A stretch of 64,000 bases of DNA from Octopus vulgaris (Eukaryota). Numbering within the stretch: the first letter of the stretch is position 1; each line of letters begins with the position of its first letter. Below are positions 25,507 to 37,139 of the stretch, piece by piece. The notes under the pieces were generated by a model, which made no database searches, was not told where the DNA came from, and saw nothing but the letters and a program-made list of their open reading frames with translations. The translations under genes were made by a program, and so were the position numbers. Where the stretch lies: assembly GCA_951406725.2 (NCBI GenBank), contig OX597819.1, forward strand, positions 9,982,001-10,046,000, in the 5' to 3' direction.

Positions 25507-25890
25507 TACTCTTTACTTGTTTCAGTCATTTGACTGCGGCCATGCTGGAGCACTGCCTTTAATCGAGCAGCTCGACCCCGGGACTTATTCTTTTGTAAGC
25601 TCAGTACTTATTCTATCGGTCTCTTTTGCTGAACCGCTAAGTAACGGGGACATAAACACACCAGCATCGGTTGTCAAGGAATGCTAGGGGGACAAACACA
25701 AACACGCACACGCATATACATATATACGACAGGCTTCTTTCAGTTTCCGTCTACCAAATCCACTCACAAGGCTTTGGTCGGCCCGAGGCTATAATAGAAG
25801 ACACTTGCCCAAGGTGCCACGCAGTGGGACTGAACCCAGAACCATGTGGTTGGTAAACAAGCTACTTACCACACAGCCACTCCTGCGCCT
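25507..25890 (-). mobile_element. SINE family C
   Basis: Full-length match to the family. Confidence 0.85.
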
Positions 25891-26409
25891 ATATATATAT
25901 ATATGTAATCATTATTATTATTAAATCTTTTCTTCATAATATACTGGGCTTTTGTACCAAAGAGCACAAATAATATTGACAAGTCAACAAAAGAGCTGTT
26001 ATGCAATTACATGCTTTGCCAGAGTTAGTTATCAATTCTTCCTATATTACACTGAGTCAGTTCTTGTTCAGAGTTACTGCCCTTCTCGATGGGTTTGTGG
26101 ACCACATCTTGCTCATGTTTCAATTCTGTTGTAGTCTGTACAGCCGAGTGCTCTTCCTACCACTAGGTACATTATAAAGGATATTGGGTGCATTTTATTT
26201 TGGCACAAGCACTAAAGAAGTTATCATATACTCAGCAAGATTAAAAGGGTTTTTCTCAATTTATTCAGTGAAAACTGAACATTTGATTATGAAAACTCCA
26301 GAGATAAAACTTGGTTATGGTCTATTGATTCCTCAACTAGTAATTTGACACCTGACAGAGCTTTGATACTCAACATTGGTTAGTTTGTCTAAAATAATAT
26401 ACCTTACAG

Positions 26410-26766
26410 GCACGTAGCACCATCCGTTCGTGGCTGTTGCCAGCCTCGCCTGGCCCCCATGCCGGTGGCACGTAAAAGCACCATCCATTCATGGCCGTTG
26501 CCAGCCTCGCCTGGCCCCCGTGCCGGTGGCACATAAAAAGCACCATCTGATCATGGCCGTTTGCCAGACTCGTCTGGCACCTGTGCCGGTGGCACGTAAA
26601 AAGCACCCACTACACTCATGGAGTGGTTGGCATTAGGAAGGGCATCCAGCCGTAGAAACACTGCCAGATCAGACTGGGCCTGATGCAGCCTTCTGGCTTC
26701 CCAGACCCCAGTTGAACCGTCCAACCCATGCTAGCATGGAAAGCGGACGCTAAATGATGATGATGA
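26410..26766 (+). mobile_element. RTE 3' UTR fragment with ~60-bp internal repeats
   Basis: Repeated GTGCCGGTGGCACGTAAAAGCACC units and a (GAT)n tail. Confidence 0.8.
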
Positions 26767-27140
26767 AGATGGCATGATTCCATTTCTCAGTGAAGTGGAA
26801 ATTAGTTTCATATGGAGAATATTAGTTTAGAACTGGTAAGTGTGAACTCATCTGAGCCACTGGTAGTTGAAATTTATTTTTAAGGTTGGATGTTAATATA
26901 TCAGAGACCTTTATGGTTTGCTAAGTCCATTTAATTAGCTTTGGCTTCATTGGCATTAAGTAAATGGCAGAAAAATCTTCTTTGGGAAGTATATTAAAGG
27001 CAACCTTGCTATTATTGGAATTGAACTGTAAACTCTGTACTGCAGACAAATGAAACACTTGTTGACCTCACTGTACTATCACTACTGGATGTAGCAAAGT
27101 GTTTATGTCCTACAGTTCTTGATTGAGCTGCTAGGATGTA

Positions 27141-27375
27141 CATCATCATCATCATTTAGCGTCCGCCTTCCATGCTAGCATGGGTTGGACGGTTCAACTG
27201 GGGTCTGGGAAGCCTGAAGGCTGCACCAGGCCCAGTCTGATCTGGCAGTGTTTCTACGGCTGGATGCCCTTCCTAACGCCAACCACTCTGTGAGTGTAGT
27301 GGGTGCTTTTTACGTGCCACCTGCACAGGTGCCAGACGGGGCTGGCAAACGGCCACGGACGGATGGTGCTTTTTA
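27141..27375 (-). mobile_element. RTE 3' end fragment
   Basis: (CAT)n tail; matches the RTE 3' UTR. Confidence 0.8.
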
Positions 27376-27965
27376 CAGTCAACACAAATTAGAAATAGAG
27401 AAAGAAAAAAAAAAATTACTGATTGTAAGACATCTGAACATAGTTCTCACAGTGCATTATCTCAGCAATAAAAATCAAATTGACCGCTGGATTTCATTCT
27501 ATTGTAAATGCAATTTAATGTTAAACATATTTAACACAGAAAGCATTAACAATTTTTACTAGAATTTGTGATGTTGCAGGGGAAAAAAATACAATGTTTG
27601 CCAAGATTTTCCAGCAACTGATAATCTGGTCCTTCTTTTCAACTGGTTCGAATTATGTCAGAACTCTTAAATTTTCCACGATTATTGTTAATAATTTCTA
27701 AGCTACCATACCTTTATGATATACTTTTGTTTATTCACTAATGTAGGTAGAAATGCTCTGCCTATACTTAACTGCAAATGTTTAAAACTAAACCAAGCAC
27801 CATGTACTGATCCACTAAGAAGTGCAAGTTAAAAGACAACTTATTGTCACTGTGAAGAATACAGTATGAAAGAGGAAACGGTTTCAAGGGATGGTCAGTT
27901 CTGGGAGCTGTAGCTAGGAACTTAGAGTATAGCATTAGATTCTGAAACATTTGTATCTTCATATA

Positions 27966-28196
27966 TATTTCTTTACTACCCACAAGGGGCTAAACATAGA
28001 GGGAACAAACAAGGACAGACAAAGGGATTAAGTCGATTACATAGACCCCAGTGCGAAACTGGTACTTTATTTATCGACCCCGAAAGGATGAAAGGCAAAG
28101 TCGACCTCGGCGGAATTTGAACTCGGAACGTAACAGCAGACGAAATACGGCTACGCATTTCGCCCGGCGTGCTAACGTTTCAGTCAGCACGCCGCC
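27966..28196 (-). mobile_element. SINE family B
   Basis: 15-bp TSD ttgtatcttcatata at 27951-27965 and 28197-28211. Confidence 0.85.
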
Positions 28197-28383
28197 TTGT
28201 ATCTTCATATACTTGAATGTATCCAACTTTGTGAAGGTTTAGTAGTGGAAAAGTTATTAATAACATAGAAGCAGCCTTTTAGGAATTGACTCAGAATTAC
28301 TATTATGCAGCCTCTTAATTTGGCATGTGTCTGGAAGCAAGGATGTCAAAACATTGTATTTGTATTACTTAGGTTCAACAAAC

Positions 28384-28769
28384 AGGCGCAGGAGTGACTG
28401 TGTGGTAAGTAGCTTGCTAACCAACCACATGGTTCCGGGTTCAGTCCCACTGCGTGGCATCTTGGGCAAGTGTCTTCTGCTATAGCCCCATGCCGACCAA
28501 TGCCTTGTGAGTGGATTTGGTAGACGGAAACTGAAAGAAGCCCGTCGTATATATGTATGTGTTTGTGTCTCTGTGTTTGTCACCCTAGCATTGCTTGACA
28601 ACCGATGCTGGTGTGTTTACGTCCCCTCGTCACTTAGCGGTTCGGCAAAAAGAGACCGATAGAATAAGTACTGGGCTTACAAAAGAATAAGTCCCGGGGT
28701 CGATTTGCTCGACTAGAGGCGGTGCTCCAGCATGGCCGCAGTCAAATGACTGAAACAAGTAAAAGAGTA
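28384..28769 (+). mobile_element. SINE family C
   Basis: Full-length match. Confidence 0.85.
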
Positions 28770-29029
28770 AAACATGGGAGACAACTCCATTAGCAAAACA
28801 GACTTTACCATGTTTGCCAAAAGTAGCGATAAAGTAATCACTAAGTAAATGTACACAGATTGGTGAAGAGAATTAATGACTCAAAGACGCCGTCTGCATC
28901 TTCTGTATTTAAATAATAGCAGTGTTGTTTATTGGTTCGCAACATTTATGATGCTGAATGTCAAGGGAGGTAATTTGTAAATCAGGTTTGAATACCAGAA
29001 TGAACTTTTTCTGGAAGCATCAGCTTTAT

Positions 29030-29379
29030 TCTTTTACTTGTTTCAGTCATTTGACTGCGGCCATGCTGGAGCACCGCCTTTAGTCGAACAAATCGATCCC
29101 GGTACTTATTCTTTTGGTCTCTTTTGCCGAACCGCTAAGTGACGGTTGTCAAGCAATGCTAGGGGGACAAACACAGACATACACACACACACATATATAT
29201 ATATATACATATATACGACAGGCATCTTTCAGTTTCCGTCTACCAAATCCACTCACAAGGCATTGGTCGGCCCGGGGCTATAGCAGAAGACACTTGCCCA
29301 AGATGCCACACAGTGGGACTGAACCCGGAACCATTTGGTTGGTAAGCAAGCTACTTACCACACAGCCACTCCTGTGCCT
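29030..29379 (-). mobile_element. SINE family C (internally deleted)
   Basis: Match to the family; inverted relative to 28384-28769. Confidence 0.85.
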
Positions 29380-29615
29380 ATTCGCTTTCTCACTGATGTT
29401 GATGTCTTTCAGTTGTACACACATACATACATGACTGGCTGAGGTAAGTTTTTCTCTGAATGGTTTTCATATATCTTGAGATGTCTTCAGATGACCTATG
29501 ATGAGATTGTCAGTCAAAAAGGAAGCAATGTGAAACTGGGAGTACTGGCATTTTTGAGCTGTTCAGTTAAAATCTCTTCATTCTGTCATTTATTACTTCT
29601 TGGTGAATCAACAGA

Positions 29616-29743
29616 ATTATTTACATTCAACGGATATTTGTCCTCATCTTGTTTGCTGTTAACACAACGTTTCGGCATATATACCCTCCAGCCTTGTTAA
29701 CAACAAACAAGATGAGGACAAATATCCGTTGAACGTAAATAAT
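29616..29743. repeat. Short foldback (49-bp arms) of Penelope-terminus-like sequence
   Basis: 29616-29664 versus 29695-29743. The loop reads ..GCCGAAACGTTG on the minus strand. Confidence 0.7.
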
Positions 29744-29784
29744 GTACATAATGCCTCATCTCTTAAATATAGAACAGAAATATA

Positions 29785-30116
29785 CAGTTGCGGCCAAAAT
29801 GTTCAGAACGGCAATGTTTTCGCCAGAAAAGTAGGTATAAGTTTTTATCAAAGTATATCGCCTGTTAGATATGCTAACACATGGAGTAAAAGCAACCGTT
29901 CTGATCATTTTGGCCGCCATGGGTTTTGCAGTAAATCACTAAATCATCCATAACTTTTGTATTATCCTCTCAAATTACACCAAAATCTCAGACAATAACA
30001 ATTAATATCGTATTTATTGTCTGTGAAAATTATAGAATATAAAGCAACTTTGATAAAAACTTATACCTACTTTTCTGGCGAAAACAATGCCATTCTGAAC
30101 ATTTTAGCCGCAACTG
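29785..30116. mobile_element. Tc1/mariner-type MITE
   Basis: TA TSD, CAGTTG...CAACTG ends, ~70-bp TIRs. Confidence 0.9.
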
Positions 30117-30529
30117 TATACCTTTTACTTTTTACAATCTTTCAAAAATTTGATCAAACAAATCAGCCCTAATACTTATATTTTTAAGTCAGGTATTTAT
30201 TCTGTAGCCCTCTTTTGTTGAATTTAAAGGATGTAAACAAACCAGTGCTGGTTAACAAGCTGTGTTAACAAGCACAAAAGCTCACACAAAAAGGACCTCC
30301 ATACAGTTTCTGTTTGGCAAATTCACTCACCAAGGAAAATTCACTCACCAAGGATTGGAGTTTCCTTCAATAGACCAATTTACATATTAAACATATTCCT
30401 GGTATCTGGCATGTAAATATTAATTACTAGTAAGGACACAATATTTTGTTTCTATCCAATTTACATATTAAACACATTCCTGGCAGCTTACTACCGAAGG
30501 TACAAGGCTTGAAATTTCAGGGAGGGGAC

Positions 30530-30696
30530 TGCCTGATTACATTGACCCCAGTGTTACACTGGTACTTAATTTACCGACCCTGAAAGGATGAAAGGCAAAG
30601 TCGACCTCGGAAGAATTTGAACTCAGAACATAGCACCAGATGAAATACCGCTAAGCACTTCGCCCGGCATGCTAACGATTCCGCCAGCTCACCGTC
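30530..30696 (-). mobile_element. SINE family B (older, partial)
   Basis: GAAAGGATGAAAGGCAAAGTCGACC core. Confidence 0.7.
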
Positions 30697-30936
30697 TTTC
30701 CAATAATGTTACACTGCTAAACTTACTGGGTATTTAAGCAATGTGCTTGCGGATAGTTGATGGGTTGGATGTGGTGCTGATGAAAGAGCAACAACTCTTG
30801 AAATATGCATATACACCCATTACCTAGTCTTTTTCTATGTTTGATTGTACTGTTTATATAGATGTATTACTATATGAAACATTGTAACATATAGTGCTGG
30901 CTCTGAATTCTATAGTTTATTACTTAAATATGGATG

Positions 30937-30984
<48 letters not shown>

Positions 30985-31720
30985 ATAATAATAATAATAT
31001 TAGGGAGTATGGCTCCAAACTTACAGGGAAAAATTAAATTTAGGATTAAATCAAATTTCACAGAATAAATATATAAAATATGAATTAGAGATAAAACCAC
31101 TATTGCGCAACTCAAACAGTGATAGACATAAACCAATACATAAATAACAATTAATATAATATATATATATAAAGTATAAAATTAAAATCTTTTTTTTAAC
31201 CAAAAAGTATGAAAACAATGATAAATATAATATAATAAGTAAAAACACTACGTATGTTTCATGGCTATAATTAAATTCGAATTACAATTAAGTTTAAATT
31301 CAATTGAAATAAATTTGAACTAAAATTATAGTCAATCTTCAGGTTAATGATAATAGTTAAATAAATAAGCAAATAGAGTTAAACACTATTTTTAAAGAAA
31401 TAAATAAAATAATATTTTTACTTATAAAAAAACTCCATTATCTAAAATAGAAACTTAAAACATTAGGATTATGTCATACAACCCATTTATTATGTTAAAT
31501 ATTTATTTTTAAGGTAAAAAAAATAGATAGAAATATGTATTTATCTATGAAGATATAATATGGCTGTAAAAAAACAATAAACTCACGAATATCCTTAACT
31601 CGGTTATAGTCCAATATTTTATTACCAAATTATTTAACTAAATAATCACTATTCATATTTTTACATTTAAGTTCAACATCTAATAATTATAAAATATTTA
31701 AAAATAATAACTAAATTATT

Positions 31721-34691
31721 ATGTACCCCACAACATAGACTGGTAGTTAGAAGAATGTACCCCACAACATAGACTGGTAGTTAGTGACTTTAGGATCAGG
31801 ACTAGGAGGACAACCAGAAGACGACAAATATGGAGAAGAAGGATCTGGAAGCTTAAAGATCCTGCAAATGGACAGAGATTTAGGGACATATTACTTGAAG
31901 CCTCTGACGAAGTAGAAGGGGATAGAGCATCACAGGGGGTAGAAGACAGCTGGACGTTTCTAAGGGACAACCTGCTGAGAGCCACTGACAAGATCTGTGG
32001 CTGGTGCAAAGTCCCCTCTCGACCTAGAATAACGTGGTGGTGGAACAATATTGTAGACAGGGCTATTAGAGAAAAGAGACAGGCTTGGAAGGTCTGGAAA
32101 AATGGGGGTAGCAGGGGATTGTATCAGACTGCCAAAAGAGAAGCTAGGAGACAGGTTTATTTAGCCAGAGGGGAAGCAGATAAGAAAAAATTTGCCAATG
32201 TTCTGCGCCGTGAGGACCAAAGACTGGAGGTGTTTCGTGTTGCAAGACAGTGTGTGAGAGAGAATTGTGATGTGGTAGGAGAGAAGTGTGTTCGCATGGA
32301 AGATGGTTCACTTGCGCTAAATGAGGATGCAAAGAGAGAGGTTTGGAGATGCCACTATGAAAGGTTGCTGAATAAAGAAAATGAATGGGATAAAGAGAGT
32401 CTGCCGAATGTTGACCCAACAGAAGGACCAGCTATCCGAGTTGATAGTTCCGTGGTAGCTAAGGCAATTAGAAGCATGAAGACAGGGAAAGCCCCAGGCC
32501 CATCAGGAATCACTGCAGAGATGCTCAAAATGTCTGGTAGTGTCGGCTATAGCCTAGTCACCCGTATAGTTAATCAGGTGATACACAAAGGGGTCATACC
32601 CAATGACTGGTGTAGCAGTATAATAGTCAACTGCTACAAAGGTAAAGGTGATGCCCTAGATACAAATAACTACAGAGGTATCAAGCTGTTGGACCAGGTG
32701 ATGAAGGTTACGGAGAGGGTCATAGCCCAACTAATTAGAGAGAGAGTTAGTTTAGATGAGATGCAGTTTGGGTTTGTGCCAGGGAAAAGTACTACTGATG
32801 CTATATTCCTGGTAAGGCAGCTGCAGGAGAAATACCTAGCCAAAGATAAGCCCCTGTACCTGGCTTTTGTTGACATGGAGAAAGCCTTCGACAGGGTCCC
32901 CCGATCCCTTATCTGGTGGGCAATGAGGAAACTAGGGATAGATGAATGGTTAGTGAGAGCTGTGCGGGCCATGTATAGGGACGCCGCTAGTAGGGTGAGG
33001 GTTGGAAATGTGTACAGTGAAGAATTCCGGGTAGAGGTAGGAGTCCACCAAGGCTCAGTACTCAGCCCCCTCCTATTTATCATAGTCCTCCAGGCAATAA
33101 CGGAGGAATTCAAGACAGGATGCCCTTGGGAGCTCCTCTATGCTGATGACCTTGCTCTAATTGCTGAGTCGCTATCAGAACTGGAGGAGAAGTTTCAGGT
33201 GTGGAAACAAGGATTAGAATCGAAGGGCCTCAGAGTCAATCTAGCTAAAACCAAAGTCGTAATCAGTAGGAAGGTAGACAAATCACAAACACCTTCAGGT
33301 AGATGGCCCTGCTCGATCTGTAGAAAAGGTGTAGGTAGAAACTCTATAAGATGCACCAAGTGTAAGCTATGGACACATAAGAGATGCAGCAATGTCAAAG
33401 GAAGGCTAACTAGGAAGATGGTTTTTGTATGTGGCAGATGCTCAGGAACAATAAACACTGAAAATGCTCTGAGACCAACTTCCGTCACTTTCCAGGGAGA
33501 AAAACTAGAAATAGTTGATAGTTTCCGTTACCTAGGTGACCAAGTCAGCAGCGGGGGTGGGTGTGCTGAAAGTGTAACTGCTAGAGTAAGAATAGCTTGG
33601 GCAAAGTTCAGAGAGCTCTTACCTCTGCTGGTGACAAAAGGCCTCTCGCACAGAGTGAAAGGCAGACTGTATGATGCATGTGTACGAACAGCCATGCTAC
33701 ATGGCAGTGAAACATGGGCCGTGACTGCTGAGGATATGCGTAAGCTCGCTAGAAATGAAGCCAGTATGCTCCGATGGATGTGTAATGCCGGTACTCACAC
33801 TCGGCAGAGTGTAAGTACCTTGAGAGAAAAGCTGGACCTAAGAAGCATCAGTTGTGGTGTGCAAGAGAGACGTTTGCGCTGGTATGGTCATGTGGCGAGA
33901 ATGGATGAAGATAGTTGTATGAAAAAGTGCCACACCCTAGCGGTTGAGGGAACCTGTGGAAGAGGCAGACCCAGGAAAACCTGGGACGAGGTGGTGAAGC
34001 ACGCCCTTCGAACTTTAGGTCTCACTGAGGAAATGACTAGAGACCGAGACCTCTGGAAGTGTGCTGTGCGCGAGAAGACCCGGCAGGACAAGTGAGTCCA
34101 TAACCCGTAGCCTTCTACATGGGATGGAGCCGGCCTACGTATGCATACCTTCCCTTCTTGGGACACAAAACTCTACTTGTGAAGACGTGTTGAGGCAAGT
34201 GAGGATCAGAATCGAAATCGATCAATGGAAATTGCGGATGTGCTACCAGTGCCGGTGGCATGTCAAAACTGCTTGTGAAGACCCGTTGAGGCAAGTGAGG
34301 ATCAGAATCGAAATCGATCAATGGAAATTGCAGATGTGTTACCAGTGCCGGTGGCATGTAAGAGAACTTTCCGTTTCGCGACCGTTGCCAGCACCGCCCC
34401 GTTTCGTGTCCGTTGCCAGCCTCGCCTGGCCCTCGTGCCGGTGGCACATAAAAAGCACCATCCGTTCGTGGCCGTTTGCCAGCTCTGTCTGGCACCAGTG
34501 CAGGTGGCACGTAAAAAGCACCCACTACACTCACGGAGTGGTTGGCGTTAGGAAGGGCATCCAGCCGTAGAAACACTGCCAGATTTGACTGGGCCTGATG
34601 AAGCCTTCTGGCTTCACAGACCCCAGTAGAACCGTCCAACCCATGCTAGCATGGAAAACGGACGCTAAACGATGATGATGATGATGATGAT
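31721..34691 (+). mobile_element. Young 5'-truncated RTE-clade LINE
   Basis: Open frame 31747-34095 runs from the end of the AP endonuclease (EECTPQHRLVVSDF) through RT (GKAPGPSG, NYRGIKLL, QFGF, FVDMEKAFD, GVHQGSVLSPLLF, YADD) to RWYGHV..GRPRKTW. ~600-bp 3' UTR and (GAT)n tail. Confidence 0.95.
31747..34095 (+). CDS. RTE ORF (RT with embedded PHD-type finger), stop-free but lacking the N-terminus and endonuclease
   Basis: ORF track 32119..34095 extends upstream without a stop to 31747 by hand translation. No native start codon. Confidence 0.75.
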   Translation, partial: LEECTPQHRLVVSDFRIRTRRTTRRRQIWRRRIWKLKDPANGQRFRDILLEASDEVEGDRASQGVEDSWTFLRDNLLRATDKICGWCKVPSRPRITWWWNNIVDRAIREKRQAWKVWKNGGSRGLYQTAKREARRQVYLARGEADKKKFANVLRREDQRLEVFRVARQCVRENCDVVGEKCVRMEDGSLALNEDAKREVWRCHYERLLNKENEWDKESLPNVDPTEGPAIRVDSSVVAKAIRSMKTGKAPGPSGITAEMLKMSGSVGYSLVTRIVNQVIHKGVIPNDWCSSIIVNCYKGKGDALDTNNYRGIKLLDQVMKVTERVIAQLIRERVSLDEMQFGFVPGKSTTDAIFLVRQLQEKYLAKDKPLYLAFVDMEKAFDRVPRSLIWWAMRKLGIDEWLVRAVRAMYRDAASRVRVGNVYSEEFRVEVGVHQGSVLSPLLFIIVLQAITEEFKTGCPWELLYADDLALIAESLSELEEKFQVWKQGLESKGLRVNLAKTKVVISRKVDKSQTPSGRWPCSICRKGVGRNSIRCTKCKLWTHKRCSNVKGRLTRKMVFVCGRCSGTINTENALRPTSVTFQGEKLEIVDSFRYLGDQVSSGGGCAESVTARVRIAWAKFRELLPLLVTKGLSHRVKGRLYDACVRTAMLHGSETWAVTAEDMRKLARNEASMLRWMCNAGTHTRQSVSTLREKLDLRSISCGVQERRLRWYGHVARMDEDSCMKKCHTLAVEGTCGRGRPRKTWDEVVKHALRTLGLTEEMTRDRDLWKCAVREKTRQDK

Positions 34692-35336
34692 AGTAATTAA
34701 GATCTAAAATTTACTCTATCAATAAATATATAGACATATGAATTATATAATTATAGCCATGTAGTGTTTTTACTTATTACATTATATTTATCATTCTTTT
34801 CATACTTTTTGGTTAAAAAAAAATCTAAATTTTATATTTTATATATATATATTATATATATTAATTATATTTATATTATTTGTTATTTATGTATTGGTTT
34901 ATGTCTATCACTGTTTGAGTTGCGCAATAATGGTTTTATCTCTAATTTATATTTTATATATATATATAATATACATACATACACACATACATACATACAT
35001 ATACATGTACATGTAAAGTTACAGCTGGGGGAAATGAATACTTTTACATCGGTGCATCTGTACTAATTTTCAAAAAGAGACTGGTTAATCATTTCAGTTC
35101 ATTTACAGATAAAAGTAAAAGACACCAAACAAGTCTATGTATATTAATCTGGTCTATTAAAGACAGAAACAATGACTATACTATCAATTGTGAATTAATT
35201 AGTACTGCAAAACCATACAGACCAAGAACTTATGTCTAGAAGAATTTTACCAAATTTTTACATCTAAGAGTAACATAATAAATTCTAGACAGGAACAAGC
35301 TTTGAGATGCTTGCATATGAGGAAATTTACTTTTGC

Positions 35337-35735
35337 TCGCAGGAGTGGCTGTGTGGTAAGTAGCTTGCTAACCAACCACATGGTTCCAGGTTCATTCCCA
35401 CTGTGTAGCATCTTGGGCAAGTGTCTTCTGCTATAGCCCCGGGCTGACCAATGCCTTGTGAGTGGATTTGGTAGACGGAAACTGAAAGAAGCCCGTCGTA
35501 TATATGTATGTATATATATGTATGTGTGTGTGTTTGTGTGTCTGTGTTTGTTCCCCTAGCATTGCTTGACAACCGATGCTGGTGGGTTTACGTCCCCGTC
35601 ACTTAGCGGTTCGGCAAAGAGAGACCGATAGAATAAGTACTGGGCTTACAAAAAGAATAAGTCCCGGGGTCGAGTTGCTCAACTAAAGGCGGTGCTCCAG
35701 CATGGCTGCAGTCAAATGACTGAAACAAGTAAAAG
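35337..35735 (+). mobile_element. SINE family C
   Basis: Match to the family. Confidence 0.85.
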
Positions 35736-36079
35736 AAAAAAAAAAGAAAAAAATAAACATTTAGAAAACTGTTTTGAAATAATTGGCTACAAGTGATTAT
35801 TCAATCACACCTTGAATTTGAAGATAGTTCGCATCTAAATTAATGAACAACTCCACATCATACAATGTGGAGTAGATGAGCAAAAAAAACTTTAAACAGT
35901 TAAATCAAAGGATATTAAACTGAAGAAACTGCACCGGTGTTAGAGCAGGGTTGCAATTGCAATGGTTACTAATCAATGCAGTTGAAATGTGTGTAGGTCA
36001 CTTTGATGCTGAAATTCCAGGCCCTACGCTACCAGCACACAAAGCTAAATGACATGCAGACAGGATACACTGGGCCAGG

Positions 36080-36650
36080 AGGAGGAATTGAAATCCCCGA
36101 ATAAAAATCAGTGTATGACCTGGTCACTGACATGAGCAAGGATGCATCTTTCAAAGTGTATATTACTGGATGGATGGATCCTCTGAACTTTCAAAACAAG
36201 GGAAAAGGAGACTTTGATGATCCTTTGGAGGACATACGTTCTCAGCTGCTTGAACTACTGCTCCCAACTATGGTTACCACACAATATAAAATCCACAGCG
36301 GACCTCAAAGCTACACTAAGAAAATTATCTCGATGCAATGTTCAGAAGACTGAAAGAATTAAAACTCTTCTCCCTGGAATGAAGGTGAGAAAGATATACA
36401 GTGATATACATCTGGAAAATCCCAGAAGGCCTTGTACCAAACTTTGGCATTGAAAATTACTCAAATTGCAGAATGGGGCACCACTGCAGAGTGCCAAAGA
36501 TCCCAGCATTGCCATCAAAATATGGGACCAGATACTGCAACAGCTTGAGCTTCAAGGGCCCACAGCTCTTTAATATCCTTCCAAAATGCCTGAGAGATTT
36601 GTATGGTGTGGATGTTAGTGACTTTAAAACAAAACTGGTTCTCTTCCTGA
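36080..36650 (+). mobile_element. CR1/L2-like LINE 3' remnant
   Basis: LWRTYVLSCLNYCSQLW and IYIWKI.EGLVPN...SLSFKGPQLFNILPKCLRD. Confidence 0.65.
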
Positions 36651-36717
36651 ATTTTTCCCTGTATATATATATATATATATGTACATATGTATATACGTAT
36701 ATACGTATTGGTCGATA

Positions 36718-37083
36718 ACTCTTTACTCTTTTACTTGTTTCAGTCATTTGACTGCGGCCATGCTGGAGCACCGCCTTTTAGTCGAGCACATCGACCCCGG
36801 GACTTATTCTTTGTAAGCCCAGTATTTATTCTATCAGTCTCTTTTGCCGAACCGCTAAGTGACGGGGAAGTAAACACACCAGCATCGGTTGTCAAGCAAT
36901 GCTAGGGGGACAAACACAGACACACAAACATATACACACGCACTTATATATATATACATATATACAACAGGCTTCTTTCAGTTTCCGTCTACCAAATCCA
37001 CTCACAAGGCATTGGTCAGCCCGGGGCTATAGCAGAAGACACTTGCCCAAGATGCCACGCAGTGGGACTGAACCCGGAACCAT
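36718..37083 (-). mobile_element. SINE family C (5' truncated)
   Basis: Match to the family. Confidence 0.85.
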
Positions 37084-37139
37084 ATTTGCAAATCACATCA
37101 TACTTTTCTTTTTTTTTTGTTATGTATGAATGAGCTACT

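Noticed and set aside
30319-30483. Small local duplications (18 bp and ~28 bp)
   Set aside because: Ordinary slippage-type duplications with no further structure.
32144-34639. Antisense ORFs over the RTE and its 3' UTR
   Set aside because: Shadow frames of the LINE with no independent protein motifs.
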